A stretch of DNA of 64,000 nucleotides from assembly GCA_963714975.1 (NCBI GenBank), contig CAVQQD010000002.1:32001-96000 (forward strand), read 5' to 3'. Numbering within the stretch: the stretch's first letter is position 1; every line of letters starts with the position of its first letter. The stretch comes from an uncultured Gammaproteobacteria bacterium. Lineage in GTDB: Bacteria > Pseudomonadota > Gammaproteobacteria > JAURND01. Under the pieces are notes generated by a model. It had not been told where the DNA came from, searched no databases, and saw nothing but the letters and a program-made list of their open reading frames with translations. Positions 50,926 to 62,506 of the stretch are shown here, piece by piece. A program made the translations under genes and the position numbers.

Positions 50926-52630
50926 ATGCAACCGAAAAATAAAATACTGGTTACCACCGCTTTGACTTATGCCAATGGCTCGATTCATCTGGGTCATTTA
51001 GTCGAATACATTCAAGCCGATATTTGGGTACGCTTCCAAAAAATGTGTGGGCGTGATTGCTTATTCATGGGTGGTGATGATGCCCACGGCACGCCGATTA
51101 TGATCAGTGCCGAAAAGCAAGGGGTTAGCCCTGAAGAATTGGTCACGAAAATCTATCAAGAGCATCGTGAGGATCTTAGCGCGTTTCTACATTGACTTTG
51201 ACCATTATTACACGACCCACTCCCCTGAAAATCAGCAGCTAACTCATTTAATTTATCAACGCTTGCAACAACGGGGTGACATTACAACGCGCATGGTGCA
51301 GCAAGCCTATGATCCGATCAAAAAAATGTTTCTTCCAGACCGCTATGTCAAAGGGGAATGCCCACGTTGTGGCGCCAAAAATCAATATGGCGACAATTGT
51401 GAAGTTTGTGGCGCCACTTATTCCCCCACCGAGTTACGAAATCCTATTTCGATTCTTTCCGGAGAACCCCCAGTGCAAAAAGAATCGTTGCATTATTTTT
51501 TTTCTTTGGGGAAGTATACTGAGATGTTGCAGAATTTTACCCAGGCGGGCCATCTGCAAGAACAAGTGGCTAATAAATTACTGGAGTGGTTTCAAGCAGG
51601 TTTGCAAGCTTGGGATATCTCGCGGGATGCCCCCTATTTTGGCTTTGAAATTCCTGGTGCGCCAGGCAAATATTTCTATGTTTGGTTAGACGCGCCGATT
51701 GGTTATATTGCTAATTTCGAAAATTTTTGCAGCTTAAACCCTCAATACCAATTTGATGAATATTGGCAGCAAGACAGTCCAGTGGAGTTGTATCATTTTA
51801 TTGGTAAAGACGTGGTTTATTTTCATGCCCTGTTTTGGCCGGCTATATTAGAGAGCAGCCAATTGCGTAAGCCTTCTGCGATATTTGTCCATGGGTTTTT
51901 GACCGTGAATGGGCAAAAGATGTCAAAATCCAGAGGGACTTTCATTACTGCTCAAGAATATTTAGCGCATTTAGATCCAGAATATTTACGTTATTATTTT
52001 GCGGCGAAATTAAATAGTCGAGTGGACGACATTGATTTTAATTCACTGGATTTTGTCCAGCGCATTAATGCCGATTTAGTCGGGAAGGTTGTTAATATTG
52101 CGAGTCGATCAGCAGGCTTTATAAGCAAATTATTTGCTGGGAATTTAGCCGATGAGTTAGCTGAACCGGCCTTGTTTCAAGAATTTGTTCAAGCAGGAGA
52201 TCGGATCGCTGCATTTTATGCTGGACGTGATTATCATCTTGCGGTTCGTGAAATTATGGCTTTAGCTGATCGCGCTAATCAATACATAGACTCAGTAAAA
52301 CCTTGGGTATTAGCAAAACAGCCTGATCAATTACCGCAGTTGCAGAAGATTCTTAGCTTAAACTTAAATTTGTTTAAAATTTTAATGACTTATTTAAAAC
52401 CGATCCTTCCGAAAACAGCATTAGCCAGCGAAGAGTTCTTAAATATTCCCGCCATGGATTGGATGAGCCGTGGGATTCCTTTGTTAAAGCATAGTATCCG
52501 GCCGTTTCAGCCACTATTGCAGCGGGTGGAAGCCCAGGTGGTGATGCAGTTGATTAAAAGCAGCGAAGATTTTACATCCTTGCAGCCTGGATCCCGGCAT
52601 CCTGCCGGGACGACGGGGGATTTGCCATGA
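50926..52630 (+). CDS. metG: Methionyl-tRNA synthetase, split by a one-base insertion near 51175
   Basis: [10 protein letters not shown] in one frame; [20 protein letters not shown] and KMSKS in another. Confidence 0.9.
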
Positions 52631-52681
52631 CGATGGGTGATTTGCCATGACAACGGGCGGTTTGTCGATGCCGGGTGGGTC

Positions 52682-53116
52682 ATGAACGGTGACAATCAAT
52701 ATCAATTAGTCGCTGTCATTCGTGAAGAAGCCTGCATTGGTTGCACGAAATGTATTCCAGCGTGTCCGGTGGATGCGATTTTGGGCGCAGCAAAGCAAAT
52801 TCATACCGTGATTGCCACAGAATGTACTGGCTGTCAGTTATGTTTGCCGCCCTGTCCTGTGGATTGTATTGAGATCCGACAGGTCCCCTTGCCATCGCCC
52901 GAGCAGCGACAGCAACGCGCCCGCAAAGCACGGCAACGGGTGCAGACACTGCAACTACGTTTGACTAAAGAAGATAGGATAAAAGACTTTCAGAACCAAG
53001 AAAAAGCCGTTATTCTGAGGGAGACGAGAGCTGAAGTTTTGGCCGCCATCCAGAGAATGAATGAAAAAATTAAGCAACCTAAGAAGGAGGACACGATCCG
53101 TGACTGCAAAGGATAA
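52682..53116 (+). CDS. RnfB-like 2x[4Fe-4S] ferredoxin
   Basis: [16 protein letters not shown] and [16 protein letters not shown]. Confidence 0.85.
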   Translation: MNGDNQYQLVAVIREEACIGCTKCIPACPVDAILGAAKQIHTVIATECTGCQLCLPPCPVDCIEIRQVPLPSPEQRQQRARKARQRVQTLQLRLTKEDRIKDFQNQEKAVILRETRAEVLAAIQRMNEKIKQPKKEDTIRDCKG

Positions 53117-54245
53117 AATTATTAAATTTGCCAAGCTAGCCGATATCGAGATTAATGGCTCACGCCCCTGGGATATCCAAGTGCATGATGAACGGTTTTA
53201 TTCCGAAGTCTTGCAACGTAAGATGCTGGGGTTAGGCGAGAGTTATATGGCGGGGTGGTGGGATTGTAGTGAATTAGATGAATGTGTGCTGCGTTTTATC
53301 CAAGCTAGTACTGAAAGAAAATTAAAATACCGGTTTATGCTCTACCTGCACGGTATGGTGCAAGCGATCATTAATTTTCAAACCAAACGACGTTCTCAGG
53401 AAGTGGCAAAGCGACATTACGATCTTGGTAATGATCTGTTTCAGGCAATGTTGGATGAGTGCATGATTTATAGCTGTGGTTATTGGGAACAAGCAAATGA
53501 TTTAAATCAAGCCCAGCAACAAAAGTTAGCGCTAGTATGCGAAAAATTGGAATTAAAGCCGGGGATGCGATTATTGGATATCGGCTGTGGTTGGGGAGGG
53601 CTCGCGAAATATGCCGCTTTGCACTATGGGGTGGAAGTCGTCGGGATTACTATTTCTAAAGAACAAGCACGTTTAGCTAAAGAAGTTTGTGCCGGGTTGC
53701 CGGTGGAAATTCGTGTGCAGGATTATCGTGATTTAAAAGGCCAATTTGATCGGATCGCTTCTTTGGGCATGTTTGAGCATGTTGGAAAGAAAAATTATCG
53801 ACGGTTTATGCGCCAAGTCAAAAAATCTCTTAAACCTAATGGCTTATTTTTATTACACACTATCGGCAATAATCAATTAGTACCCACGCCGCAAAATGAA
53901 TGGATTAGAAAATATATTTTTCCTAATGGAGAATTACCTTCCATCGAGCAACTGGGCCAAGCCTGGGAAGGAATTTTCTTAATGGAGGATTGGCATAATT
54001 TTGGGGCTTATTATTATCAGACTTTGAAAAGTTGGCATCACAATTTTAATCAATACTGGGAAAAGTTAAAACTTAATTACGACGACACCTTTCGTCGGAT
54101 GTGGAATTTTTATTTGCTGATTTGTGCTGGAGCAGCAAAAGCCCGAGATTTTCAGGTTTGGCAAATTGTTTTATCCAACGGCGTGGCAGGAGGCTATCAG
54201 TCAGTACGCAGAATCCCGCATCATGAATGCGCGACAACGCAATGA
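53100..54245 (+). CDS. cfa: Cyclopropane fatty acyl phospholipid synthase
   Basis: [34 protein letters not shown] start with GGAGG RBS. Confidence 0.95.
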   Translation: MTAKDKIIKFAKLADIEINGSRPWDIQVHDERFYSEVLQRKMLGLGESYMAGWWDCSELDECVLRFIQASTERKLKYRFMLYLHGMVQAIINFQTKRRSQEVAKRHYDLGNDLFQAMLDECMIYSCGYWEQANDLNQAQQQKLALVCEKLELKPGMRLLDIGCGWGGLAKYAALHYGVEVVGITISKEQARLAKEVCAGLPVEIRVQDYRDLKGQFDRIASLGMFEHVGKKNYRRFMRQVKKSLKPNGLFLLHTIGNNQLVPTPQNEWIRKYIFPNGELPSIEQLGQAWEGIFLMEDWHNFGAYYYQTLKSWHHNFNQYWEKLKLNYDDTFRRMWNFYLLICAGAAKARDFQVWQIVLSNGVAGGYQSVRRIPHHECATTQ

Positions 54246-54858
54246 GTTATTTCAGCGGCTGGCGCAGGCTAATCCTGCTCCTATGACTGAATTGCGTTAT
54301 AGCAGCGATTTTGAATTGCTGATCGCGGTGATTTTGTCAGCTCAAGCAACGGATCAACGAGTCAACTTGGTGACAGAGCAGCTGTTTGTCATTGCGGATA
54401 CGCCGCAAAAAATGCTGTACTTGGGTGAGGAAGGTTTAAAATCTTATATTAAGAGTATTGGTTTGTATCATGCGAAAGCCAGCAATATTTTGCGAACTTG
54501 CCAATTATTGGTCGATCGCTATCATGGTAAAATTCCTCAGCAACGAGAAGATTTGGAGGGATTACCAGGGGTAGGAAGAAAGACGGCCAATGTCATTTTA
54601 AATACCTTATTTGGTCAAGAAACCATTGGCGTGGACACGCATGTTTTTAGGGTGGCTAATCGGACAGGTTTGGGGCGAGGTAAGAATGTGCGAGCAGTGG
54701 AGATGGCGCTGGAAAAAAATGTTCCCCCGGTGTTTAAAAAACCCGCGCATCACTGGTTAGTGTTGCATGGTCGTTATATTTGTACCGCAAGAAAACCTAA
54801 GTGTCCTCAATGCCTGATTAATGATTTATGTGAATATGACTATAAAACCAGAGAATAA
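54223..54858 (+). CDS. nth: Endonuclease III
   Basis: LSAQATD, LPGVGRKTANV, VDTHVFR, C-x6-C-x2-C-x5-C. Confidence 0.96.
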   Translation: MNARQRNELFQRLAQANPAPMTELRYSSDFELLIAVILSAQATDQRVNLVTEQLFVIADTPQKMLYLGEEGLKSYIKSIGLYHAKASNILRTCQLLVDRYHGKIPQQREDLEGLPGVGRKTANVILNTLFGQETIGVDTHVFRVANRTGLGRGKNVRAVEMALEKNVPPVFKKPAHHWLVLHGRYICTARKPKCPQCLINDLCEYDYKTRE

Positions 54859-55885
54859 TATCTCCCCCTCACCCTACCCTCTCCCACCAGGGGAGAGTGG
54901 ATTGCGTAGTTGGCAGAAAGCATTGGCTGATGTCATTACCGATCCTCAGGAATTGGGGGAAATTCTTAATTTAGATCCCCAAATAATTCTCTCCGCAATT
55001 AAATCAGAATCAGGTTTTGCGCTACGTGTACCTCGTGCATTTGTGGCACGCATGAGTAGGGCAAATCCAGATGATCCTTTACTAAAACAAGTATTGCCGC
55101 AAAGTGCTGAACTTTTAATGGGGCAAAGCTATCGAGCCGATGCGTTACAAGAGCGAGCGAAGAGGCCAATACCGGGTTTATTGCATAAATATCATGGCCG
55201 TGTGCTAGTGATTGTGGCGGGTAGTTGCGCGATCCATTGTCGCTATTGTTTTCGTCGGCATTTTCCTTATGCAGAAAATGCCTTAAGTGAGACAGATTGG
55301 GACAAAATATTGGATTATATTGCAGCTGACCCTAGCTTGCATGAGGTCATTTTTAGTGGTGGCGATCCTTTATTAGTAAAAGATAAAGTTTTGGCTGAGA
55401 TTGCGGCAAAAATTGCGTGTATTCCGCAGGTGCGAACATTGCGCTTACATACGCGAGTGCCCATTGTGATTCCTGAGCGAATTAATGATGAATTATTAGC
55501 TTGGTTGACGAGTACGCGTTTGCATACGGTGGTAGTGGTGCATGTCAATCATCCAAATGAACTGGATGCGCCATTACAACATAGTTTAAGGAGATTGCGT
55601 GCCGCAGGGGTGACGGTGTTAAATCAATCTGTGTTGCTGAAAGGAGTGAATGATCATGCTGATATTTTGATTGAATTAAGCCATAAGTTATTTGCTGCTG
55701 GAGTGATGCCCTATTACTTAAATGTGTTAGATAAAGTGCAAGGAGCGATGCATTTTGCGGTGCCTGATAGTGAGGCACAAAAACTTCTGGGGCAAATGAT
55801 GCAATATCTCCCGGGATATTTAGTGCCTAAGCTGGTGCGAGAACAGCCAGGCGCATTGTCTAAATTGCTTTTGCTGCCACTATAA
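54836..55885 (+). CDS. epmB: EF-P beta-lysylation lysine 2,3-aminomutase
   Basis: LHKYHGR, CAIHCRYCFRRHFPY, SGGDPL, LNQSVLLKGVND, LPGYLVP. Confidence 0.93.
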   Translation: MTIKPENNISPSPYPLPPGESGLRSWQKALADVITDPQELGEILNLDPQIILSAIKSESGFALRVPRAFVARMSRANPDDPLLKQVLPQSAELLMGQSYRADALQERAKRPIPGLLHKYHGRVLVIVAGSCAIHCRYCFRRHFPYAENALSETDWDKILDYIAADPSLHEVIFSGGDPLLVKDKVLAEIAAKIACIPQVRTLRLHTRVPIVIPERINDELLAWLTSTRLHTVVVVHVNHPNELDAPLQHSLRRLRAAGVTVLNQSVLLKGVNDHADILIELSHKLFAAGVMPYYLNVLDKVQGAMHFAVPDSEAQKLLGQMMQYLPGYLVPKLVREQPGALSKLLLLPL

Positions 55886-56281
55886 AATAAAGGCGTGGAG
55901 ACAACTCATAAAATAAGAGATAACGGCAGATAACGCCGCAACACCAATTAACCACCCCGCCTTAAAGCTATAATCAAAAAAACGTGCTCGAATTTCACCC
56001 TGCACTTGATTGCGCATCCCTAAGCGCTCTTTAATAGCGGACATATCTTCTTTAAGTTTTCCAAGTTCTTGATGGAGTTCTTGATGGAATTCATGTTTGA
56101 GCTCAGTCCTAACTAGTTGAAATTCATGCCTGACTTCATTTTTAAATTGTTGAATTTCATGTTTCAGATTGCTGATTTGTTCTGTCAACGGGCTAATAGC
56201 TTGGGTGATCGACATTTCGATTTTCCTGTCAGTAAGTTCATTGTGCAGATGGAATAAATTTTTTTGTTCTTGGTGTTGCAT
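55880..56281 (-). CDS. Coiled-coil protein with C-terminal TM helix
   Basis: Heptad/hendecad repeats (LKHE..VRHE..LKHE) followed by a hydrophobic C-terminus. Confidence 0.65.
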   Translation of the reverse strand: MQHQEQKNLFHLHNELTDRKIEMSITQAISPLTEQISNLKHEIQQFKNEVRHEFQLVRTELKHEFHQELHQELGKLKEDMSAIKERLGMRNQVQGEIRARFFDYSFKAGWLIGVAALSAVISYFMSCLHAFIL

Positions 56282-56397
56282 TATTTTCTTCCTCGTCATT
56301 ACAAGAGTCAAGGAAAGAATATATTGATGCTATTTTTCGTTCAATACCGTAGACGACATGAAAAATGATTTCTCTAATTCCATTCGAAAATTCCTAA

Positions 56398-56779
56398 TTG
56401 TCTCAAGAAACCGGAGAAAAAGTTATAACCTTAGCACAACAGTGGCGTGAAGAAGGGCGCCAAGAAGAAAGGTTGATAATAGCTGCCTCTATGTTAGAAC
56501 AAGGCTTTAGTCCCGAGATGATTGTTCAACCTAGATTCGGCAGTAGAAACCTACTGCGAGGGCTTAATACATTGAATCTCCCGCTTATTTTTATATTTTT
56601 TTTCTTTCACCGTACGGGTGAGTACGCCTTCAAGAAAAAAACTTAAAAATAATCAAGATCTTCAACGTCTTAAGCCCTCTCGCTACGGTTTCTACTGCCG
56701 AATCTAGGTTCAAGTCCTCACCGACTTATCTATAGACAAGATTTGTAGTTTGAAAAAAAACCTATTGTGGATAAGTTAG
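56398..56779 (+). pseudogene. Rpn-family (PD-(D/E)XK) C-terminal remnant interrupted by a MITE
   Basis: TLAQQWREEGRQEERLIIAASMLEQGFSPEMIVQ joins VLTDLSIDKICSLKK once the insert is removed. Confidence 0.7.
56530..56708. mobile_element. 179-bp palindromic MITE with 22-bp perfect TIR and TTCAA target duplication
   Basis: CCTAGATTCGGCAGTAGAAACC..GGTTTCTACTGCCGAATCTAGG; TTCAA at 56525-29 and 56709-13. Confidence 0.9.
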
Positions 56780-56898
56780 TATAGATTGGTAGACAAAAAT
56801 TCGTAACTTTCTCTTTAATGCAATGTTGAACAATGTATCAGCATAAGTTAGTTAATTATGAAGACTACCCTGGAAGTAGGAAGACCTGCAATGAGAGT

Positions 56899-57201
56899 TC
56901 ACCTTGCAGCTGGCTGTTCAGAACCTCTGTTAGTTAGATATTCCTTCTCTTGTCGTTCATATTCCCCGCCAAGTGATGCCATAAGAAGTGCAAAAAAGAT
57001 CAGCTCCACTTGTAACACAGGCATAACTATAAGATCACCAAATGATCTCTTAAGGTCTTGTAGGGGAAGAAAATGAAAAAATAAAACGTTTCCTAGTATC
57101 GCTGTTGCTGTTATAGCACTGACCGATTTAAAGGTATTTGAAACAAATGTTGACTTGTTTATTTTAAAAGCCTCTGTGGGTAATTCAGTACTTGGTTGCA
57201 T
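56899..57201 (-). CDS. Small 2-TM hypothetical protein
   Basis: Two hydrophobic helices and an acidic tail EYERQEKEY. Confidence 0.5.
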   Translation of the reverse strand: MQPSTELPTEAFKINKSTFVSNTFKSVSAITATAILGNVLFFHFLPLQDLKRSFGDLIVMPVLQVELIFFALLMASLGGEYERQEKEYLTNRGSEQPAAR

Positions 57202-57219
57202 ATTTAATTTCCTATTAGA

Positions 57220-57489
57220 TTAAATTTTCATTAATTTAACAAATAATTCATTGGTTCGCAATAATTTTTTTGGGGTGTAGCGGCAATAGGGTTCGAAGAT
57301 TTTGTCACACTGATCCTCAGGAGTACCGATTCCACAGTCGCTCACGGCAAAGCGAATTAACCATTGGTGTGCTTGTTCAGATTCAACCGCAGTTTGTAAG
57401 CGCACAAATCCTTTGGGTTCGTATTGATATTGACTTTGACTGAAATGCAAATATTTCTTAAGGGCGGCCATGGCGGGGATGTAAGGCAC
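57220..57489 (-). pseudogene. Histidine-kinase ATPase domain fragment
   Basis: IRFAVSDCGIGTPEDQCDKIFEPY (G1 and F boxes) with no remaining kinase. Confidence 0.55.
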
Positions 57490-57497
57490 TCCTTCGA

Positions 57498-58694
57498 TTA
57501 TTTGATTGCTATCTGACTCACTATGATAAGCAACGAAAACAGGATTAATAGTAAGTAACCGAATTTATTGATCTGTGGTTGGTAGCCATGAGCAATTTTT
57601 TTCCAATAGCGGCCGCTCCAAGACATCAGTACCGGCAGAATGCCCAGTAAAATTGCTACAAAGATTCCAGCGTAACCCAAGGCGAGAATAAATCCATTCG
57701 GGTAAAGGTAAGCAAAAATCAAGGGTGGAAGAAAAGTGGCTATTAGAGTGAGAATGCGGCCATTACGAGTGCGCGGGATTCGTAAGCTGTCCATTAGGTA
57801 ATCAAATAAGCTGAAAGAAACACCAGTAAAAGAGGTGATGATGGCAAAAAAAGTAAATGCTTTAAATAAGTTGCCGATCCAATGATATTGCAAAATGTGA
57901 TCGATAGCCTTACCTAGCCCTGAGCCAGGTTGACCTTGTTCCATGATACTGTTTAGACCATTTTCGCCAGTTAGCGGTACTACTCCTAAGATCGCTGTCT
58001 GCCATAAAATATAAATTAACAAGGGGATGCTACTGCCGATGAGAATAGCTAAGCGTAATTTCATGGCGTCATCTTTTAAATACACGCGTAAACTAGGAAT
58101 GACATTTTGAAAACCAAAAGAAGTGATGGCGATGGGCAGAGCTAACCAAATTTTATTGGGGCTGCTATGCATGAGCGGGGTGAGCTGCACGTGGGGCGCC
58201 AAGAAAAAAAGCACACCGAATAAGGTTAGAAGTTTGGCTGAGAAGAATAATCGATTTAAATAATCTACAGTATGAGTACCGCAATACACAGCGACGCCAA
58301 CTAATAGAATCATTAGTAATGCTCCAGAACCTTTCCTGATGGGGAGATTAAATGCATTTTGTACGATGGATTGGACGAGATCTCCCATGCCAGAAACATA
58401 GGCAGCCATTAAAGAATAGAACAAGCAGGCATAGGTGATCCAGGCAATAATTTTACCTCCGACCCCCAGGGTGGCGGTGGCCATGCCTACGATGTTAGTT
58501 CCAGGTTTTAACCATAAATTTACTTCTAATATGAGCAATCCTGAGATAGTCATAATTGCCCAACAAATTACAAATAAAATAAGCGATGGTAAAAATCCGT
58601 AGGTTCCAGTAGAAACAGGGAGTGCTAACATACCGGCGCCTATAGATGTTCCAGCGATCAGAAGCATTGAGCCTAAAAATTTATTAGTTTGCAT
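57498..58694 (-). CDS. tyrP: Aromatic amino-acid permease (TyrP/Mtr family)
   Basis: LIAGTSIGAGMLALP, TSFGFQNVIPSL. Confidence 0.88.
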   Translation of the reverse strand: MQTNKFLGSMLLIAGTSIGAGMLALPVSTGTYGFLPSLILFVICWAIMTISGLLILEVNLWLKPGTNIVGMATATLGVGGKIIAWITYACLFYSLMAAYVSGMGDLVQSIVQNAFNLPIRKGSGALLMILLVGVAVYCGTHTVDYLNRLFFSAKLLTLFGVLFFLAPHVQLTPLMHSSPNKIWLALPIAITSFGFQNVIPSLRVYLKDDAMKLRLAILIGSSIPLLIYILWQTAILGVVPLTGENGLNSIMEQGQPGSGLGKAIDHILQYHWIGNLFKAFTFFAIITSFTGVSFSLFDYLMDSLRIPRTRNGRILTLIATFLPPLIFAYLYPNGFILALGYAGIFVAILLGILPVLMSWSGRYWKKIAHGYQPQINKFGYLLLILFSLLIIVSQIAIK

Positions 58695-58742
58695 TAGTAG
58701 TTCTCTTAACACACCCCCTCCCACCTTCGGGGAAGAGGGAAC

Positions 58743-60968
58743 TTATTTAACCTCTATCCGATCAATACGCGAAAATGCTCGTGGTAAACGTTGTCCGCGT
58801 CGGCCTCTTTCCCCTACAAAATTAGCACAATCTTTAGGCGCAAGAGATAGGCTGCGTTTTCCCATCCACAAGATCAAAGTATCTTCTTTGCCAAGAACCG
58901 CACTGTCAATCATATATTCATCCGCTGCTTTACTGGCGGGGATTCCAAGCATTTTATTGCCTTTGCCGCGGGGTAATTGAGGTAATTCAGCAAGCGGAAA
59001 TAGGAGTAAATAGCCAGTATTGGTGACGGCAGCGACATATTGTTGCTGGATGTTCTGGATTAAGCGGGGAATTAAAACTTGTGCATTTTTTGGTAAGGTT
59101 AAAATGGCTTTGCCGGCTTTATTTTTTGAAATCAGTTCGTTGAGTGAAGTAATAAACCCATAGCCCGCGCTGGATGCGAGTAAATAATGTTGCTTTTCTT
59201 CACCTAACAAAACCGCCACAAAATGGGTATTAGGTGCAGGTTTTAAGCGACTGGTTAATGGTTCACCTAAACCTCTTGCAGAGGGCAAGTTATGCGCAGC
59301 TAAGGAATAGCTACGGCCACTGGAGTCGAGAAACACAGCCGCTTGATTACTGCGTCCCTGTGCTTGTGCCAGAAAGTTATCTCCCGATCGATAGCTGAGC
59401 TTGGCCCCCTCAATATCGAAGCCTTTTGCTGCACGAATCCAGCCTTTTTGTGAGAGCACCAGCGTGATCAGTTCAGTAGGCAACATAGCTTCTTCGGCAA
59501 TGGCTTGGGCGCTAGTGCGCGCAACAATCGGTGAACGGCGCGCATCTCCAAATTTTTCCGCATCGGCAAGAATTTCAGCGCGAATTAATTGCTTTAATTT
59601 TGTTGTTGAACCTAAGGTATTTTCCAATTGCTTGCGTTCCGTAGCCAGTGTTTTTTGTTCGCCGCGAATTTTAACTTCTTCTAATTTAGCCAAATGGCGT
59701 AACTTGAGGTCTAAAATGGCATCTGCTTGCAGGCTGCTTAAATTGAAGCGCTGCATTAAGACTGGCTTGGGCTCATCTTCTTGGCGAATGATGGCGATTA
59801 CTTCATCGAGGTTAAGATAGGCAATTAATAAACCTTCAAGAATATGCAGACGTGCGAGCACCTGGTCTAAACGGAATTGCAAACGCCGTTGCACTGTCTG
59901 CTGACGGAATTCGAGCCATTCACGTAATAGTTGTAGCAAGTTTCGTACTTGAGGTTTGCCGTCAATGCCAATTAGGTTGAGATTGACGCGATAACTGCGT
60001 TCTAAATCTGTAGTGGCAAATAAATGCAGCATGAGTGCGTCGACATCCACGCGAGCTGAGCGTGGCGTAATCACCAAACGTGTCGGATTTTCATGATCAG
60101 ATTCGTCGCGCAAATCTTCCACCATGGGCAATTTTTTGGCTTGCATTTGTTGCGCTATTTGCTCCATTACCCGAGAGCCTGAGGTTTGATACGGTAGCGC
60201 GGTAATAATGATGTCAGCATTTTCTTGGATGTAAACTGCTCGCATTCGGATGCTGCCGTTGCCGGTCCGATAAAGTTCGCGTATTTCTGCTGCGGAAGTA
60301 ATAATTTCTGCTTCCGTTGGGTAGTCCGGGCCCAAGATATGTGCGTTGATTTCTTCTAGGGTTGCTTTGGGATGGTCCAATAGATGAATGCAGGCAGCAG
60401 CTATTTCTCGTAAATTATGGGGTGGAATGTCGGTTGCCATGCCTACGGCAATGCCGGTGGCCCCATTGAGTAACACATTGGGTAAGCGGGCAGGTAATAA
60501 ACGAGGTTCTTCTAGCGTGCCATCAAAATTGGGGACCCAGTCGACAGTTCCTTGCTCTAATTCTGCGAGTAATAGTTGTGCATAAGCAGTTAAACGTGAT
60601 TCGGTATAGCGCATGGCAGCAAAGGATTTCGGGTCATCTGGAGATCCCCAATTTCCTTGGCCATCGACTAAGGGGTAGCGATAAGAGAAATTTTGCGCCA
60701 TGAGTACCATGGCTTCATAGCAGGCCATGTCGCTATGAGGATGATATTTACCTAAAACATCGCCCACAGTACGGGCGGATTTTTTGAATTTAGCAGTATT
60801 TTTTAACCCAAGTTCAGACATGGCATAAATAATCCGGCGCTGTACTGGTTTTAGGCCATCGCCAACGTGGGGTAGGGCTCGATCCAAGATGACAGACATG
60901 GAATAATCGAGATAAGCTTTTTCGGCAAAATCTCGCAGTGATTGGCCTTCTATATTTTCTTGTGCCAT
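58743..60968 (-). CDS. parC: DNA topoisomerase IV subunit A
   Basis: [26 protein letters not shown]; no GyrA box. Confidence 0.96.
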   Translation of the reverse strand: MAQENIEGQSLRDFAEKAYLDYSMSVILDRALPHVGDGLKPVQRRIIYAMSELGLKNTAKFKKSARTVGDVLGKYHPHSDMACYEAMVLMAQNFSYRYPLVDGQGNWGSPDDPKSFAAMRYTESRLTAYAQLLLAELEQGTVDWVPNFDGTLEEPRLLPARLPNVLLNGATGIAVGMATDIPPHNLREIAAACIHLLDHPKATLEEINAHILGPDYPTEAEIITSAAEIRELYRTGNGSIRMRAVYIQENADIIITALPYQTSGSRVMEQIAQQMQAKKLPMVEDLRDESDHENPTRLVITPRSARVDVDALMLHLFATTDLERSYRVNLNLIGIDGKPQVRNLLQLLREWLEFRQQTVQRRLQFRLDQVLARLHILEGLLIAYLNLDEVIAIIRQEDEPKPVLMQRFNLSSLQADAILDLKLRHLAKLEEVKIRGEQKTLATERKQLENTLGSTTKLKQLIRAEILADAEKFGDARRSPIVARTSAQAIAEEAMLPTELITLVLSQKGWIRAAKGFDIEGAKLSYRSGDNFLAQAQGRSNQAAVFLDSSGRSYSLAAHNLPSARGLGEPLTSRLKPAPNTHFVAVLLGEEKQHYLLASSAGYGFITSLNELISKNKAGKAILTLPKNAQVLIPRLIQNIQQQYVAAVTNTGYLLLFPLAELPQLPRGKGNKMLGIPASKAADEYMIDSAVLGKEDTLILWMGKRSLSLAPKDCANFVGERGRRGQRLPRAFSRIDRIEVK

Positions 60969-61065
60969 ATAAATTGATTTCTCAGTAATTATCGGTATTC
61001 TTCTTCAGAAGATCCTTTTTCCCTCGTGGGAGAGAGCTAGGGTGAGGGAGCATATTATAAACTAA

Positions 61066-61758
<693 letters not shown>

Positions 61759-61759
61759 A

Positions 61760-61836
61760 ATCCCCTCTCCCAGTCTCTGCGGTCGTCATTGCTTCCTCGC
61801 TTCGCAATGACGGCCGCAGAGACTGGGAGAGGGGAT
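61760..61836. terminator. 33-bp-stem hairpin between convergent genes
   Basis: atcccctctcccagtctctgcggtcgtcattgc..gcaatgacggccgcagagactgggagaggggat. Confidence 0.7.
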
Positions 61837-61849
61837 GAAAACTCACTAA

Positions 61850-62299
61850 CTAAGCTGAAGGCATTGATTCGCCACTCATTGCTTTTGCTTTGCTGGGTCT
61901 GCCGCGTTTTGTAGCTCGTTTTGCTGGACGTACGCTTTTTTTAGCTTTGGCGGATTTGGCTTTAGGCCCTCCTCGAGTCTTTAATTTTTTGCCAAGGCGT
62001 TTGGATAATTTTTTAGCATAACGCTTTTCAAACTTTTCAGCGGCGGATTCTACTACTTTACGTTTGGCTTCTTCTCGCTTAGCAACTTCTTGCTCCAGAG
62101 TATGCATTGCTTTTGCCATAGCAGCAGCTTCTGCCTCTTTAAGCTTTTCCTTGAACTCTGCAGTCTTTGCTTTTAATTGAGCGGTTAACTCTTTTTTAAG
62201 CGCTTTAGCGTGACTTATTGCGGCACGCAATTTAGCTTTCATTGCATGAGCTGGGTTAGCAGCAACTTTTTTGGCTTTAACTTTTCTGACTTTCGGCAT
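61850..62299 (-). CDS. Lys/Ala-rich histone H1-like protein with AT-hook (Hq1-like)
   Basis: Highly basic, KRGRPS motif, AGGAG RBS before ATG 62299. Confidence 0.7.
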   Translation of the reverse strand: MPKVRKVKAKKVAANPAHAMKAKLRAAISHAKALKKELTAQLKAKTAEFKEKLKEAEAAAMAKAMHTLEQEVAKREEAKRKVVESAAEKFEKRYAKKLSKRLGKKLKTRGGPKAKSAKAKKSVRPAKRATKRGRPSKAKAMSGESMPSA

Positions 62300-62506
62300 T
62301 ATTAAATCTCCTGAAAAATGGTTCGTTGAAAAAGGGGGCATCTTTAAAAATTTGCGCATTTTAACGGTGTAGGCCCCTGATGCTTTCTTCTTTTGCAGTT
62401 TTAAACGGAATTTTTTTAGAGATGCCCCCTAAATTTCCCTTAAAAATGCGAGAGTCAGTTTACTAGGAAATAGCAAGATGTAAAGTAATATTTGCATTAT
62501 TTGGCT

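Noticed and set aside
57202-57240. aTTAA-N6-tTTAA upstream of the 56899 gene as a fifth PmrA box
   Set aside because: No -10 at the 11-nt spacing, too close to the start, and the region is very AT-rich.
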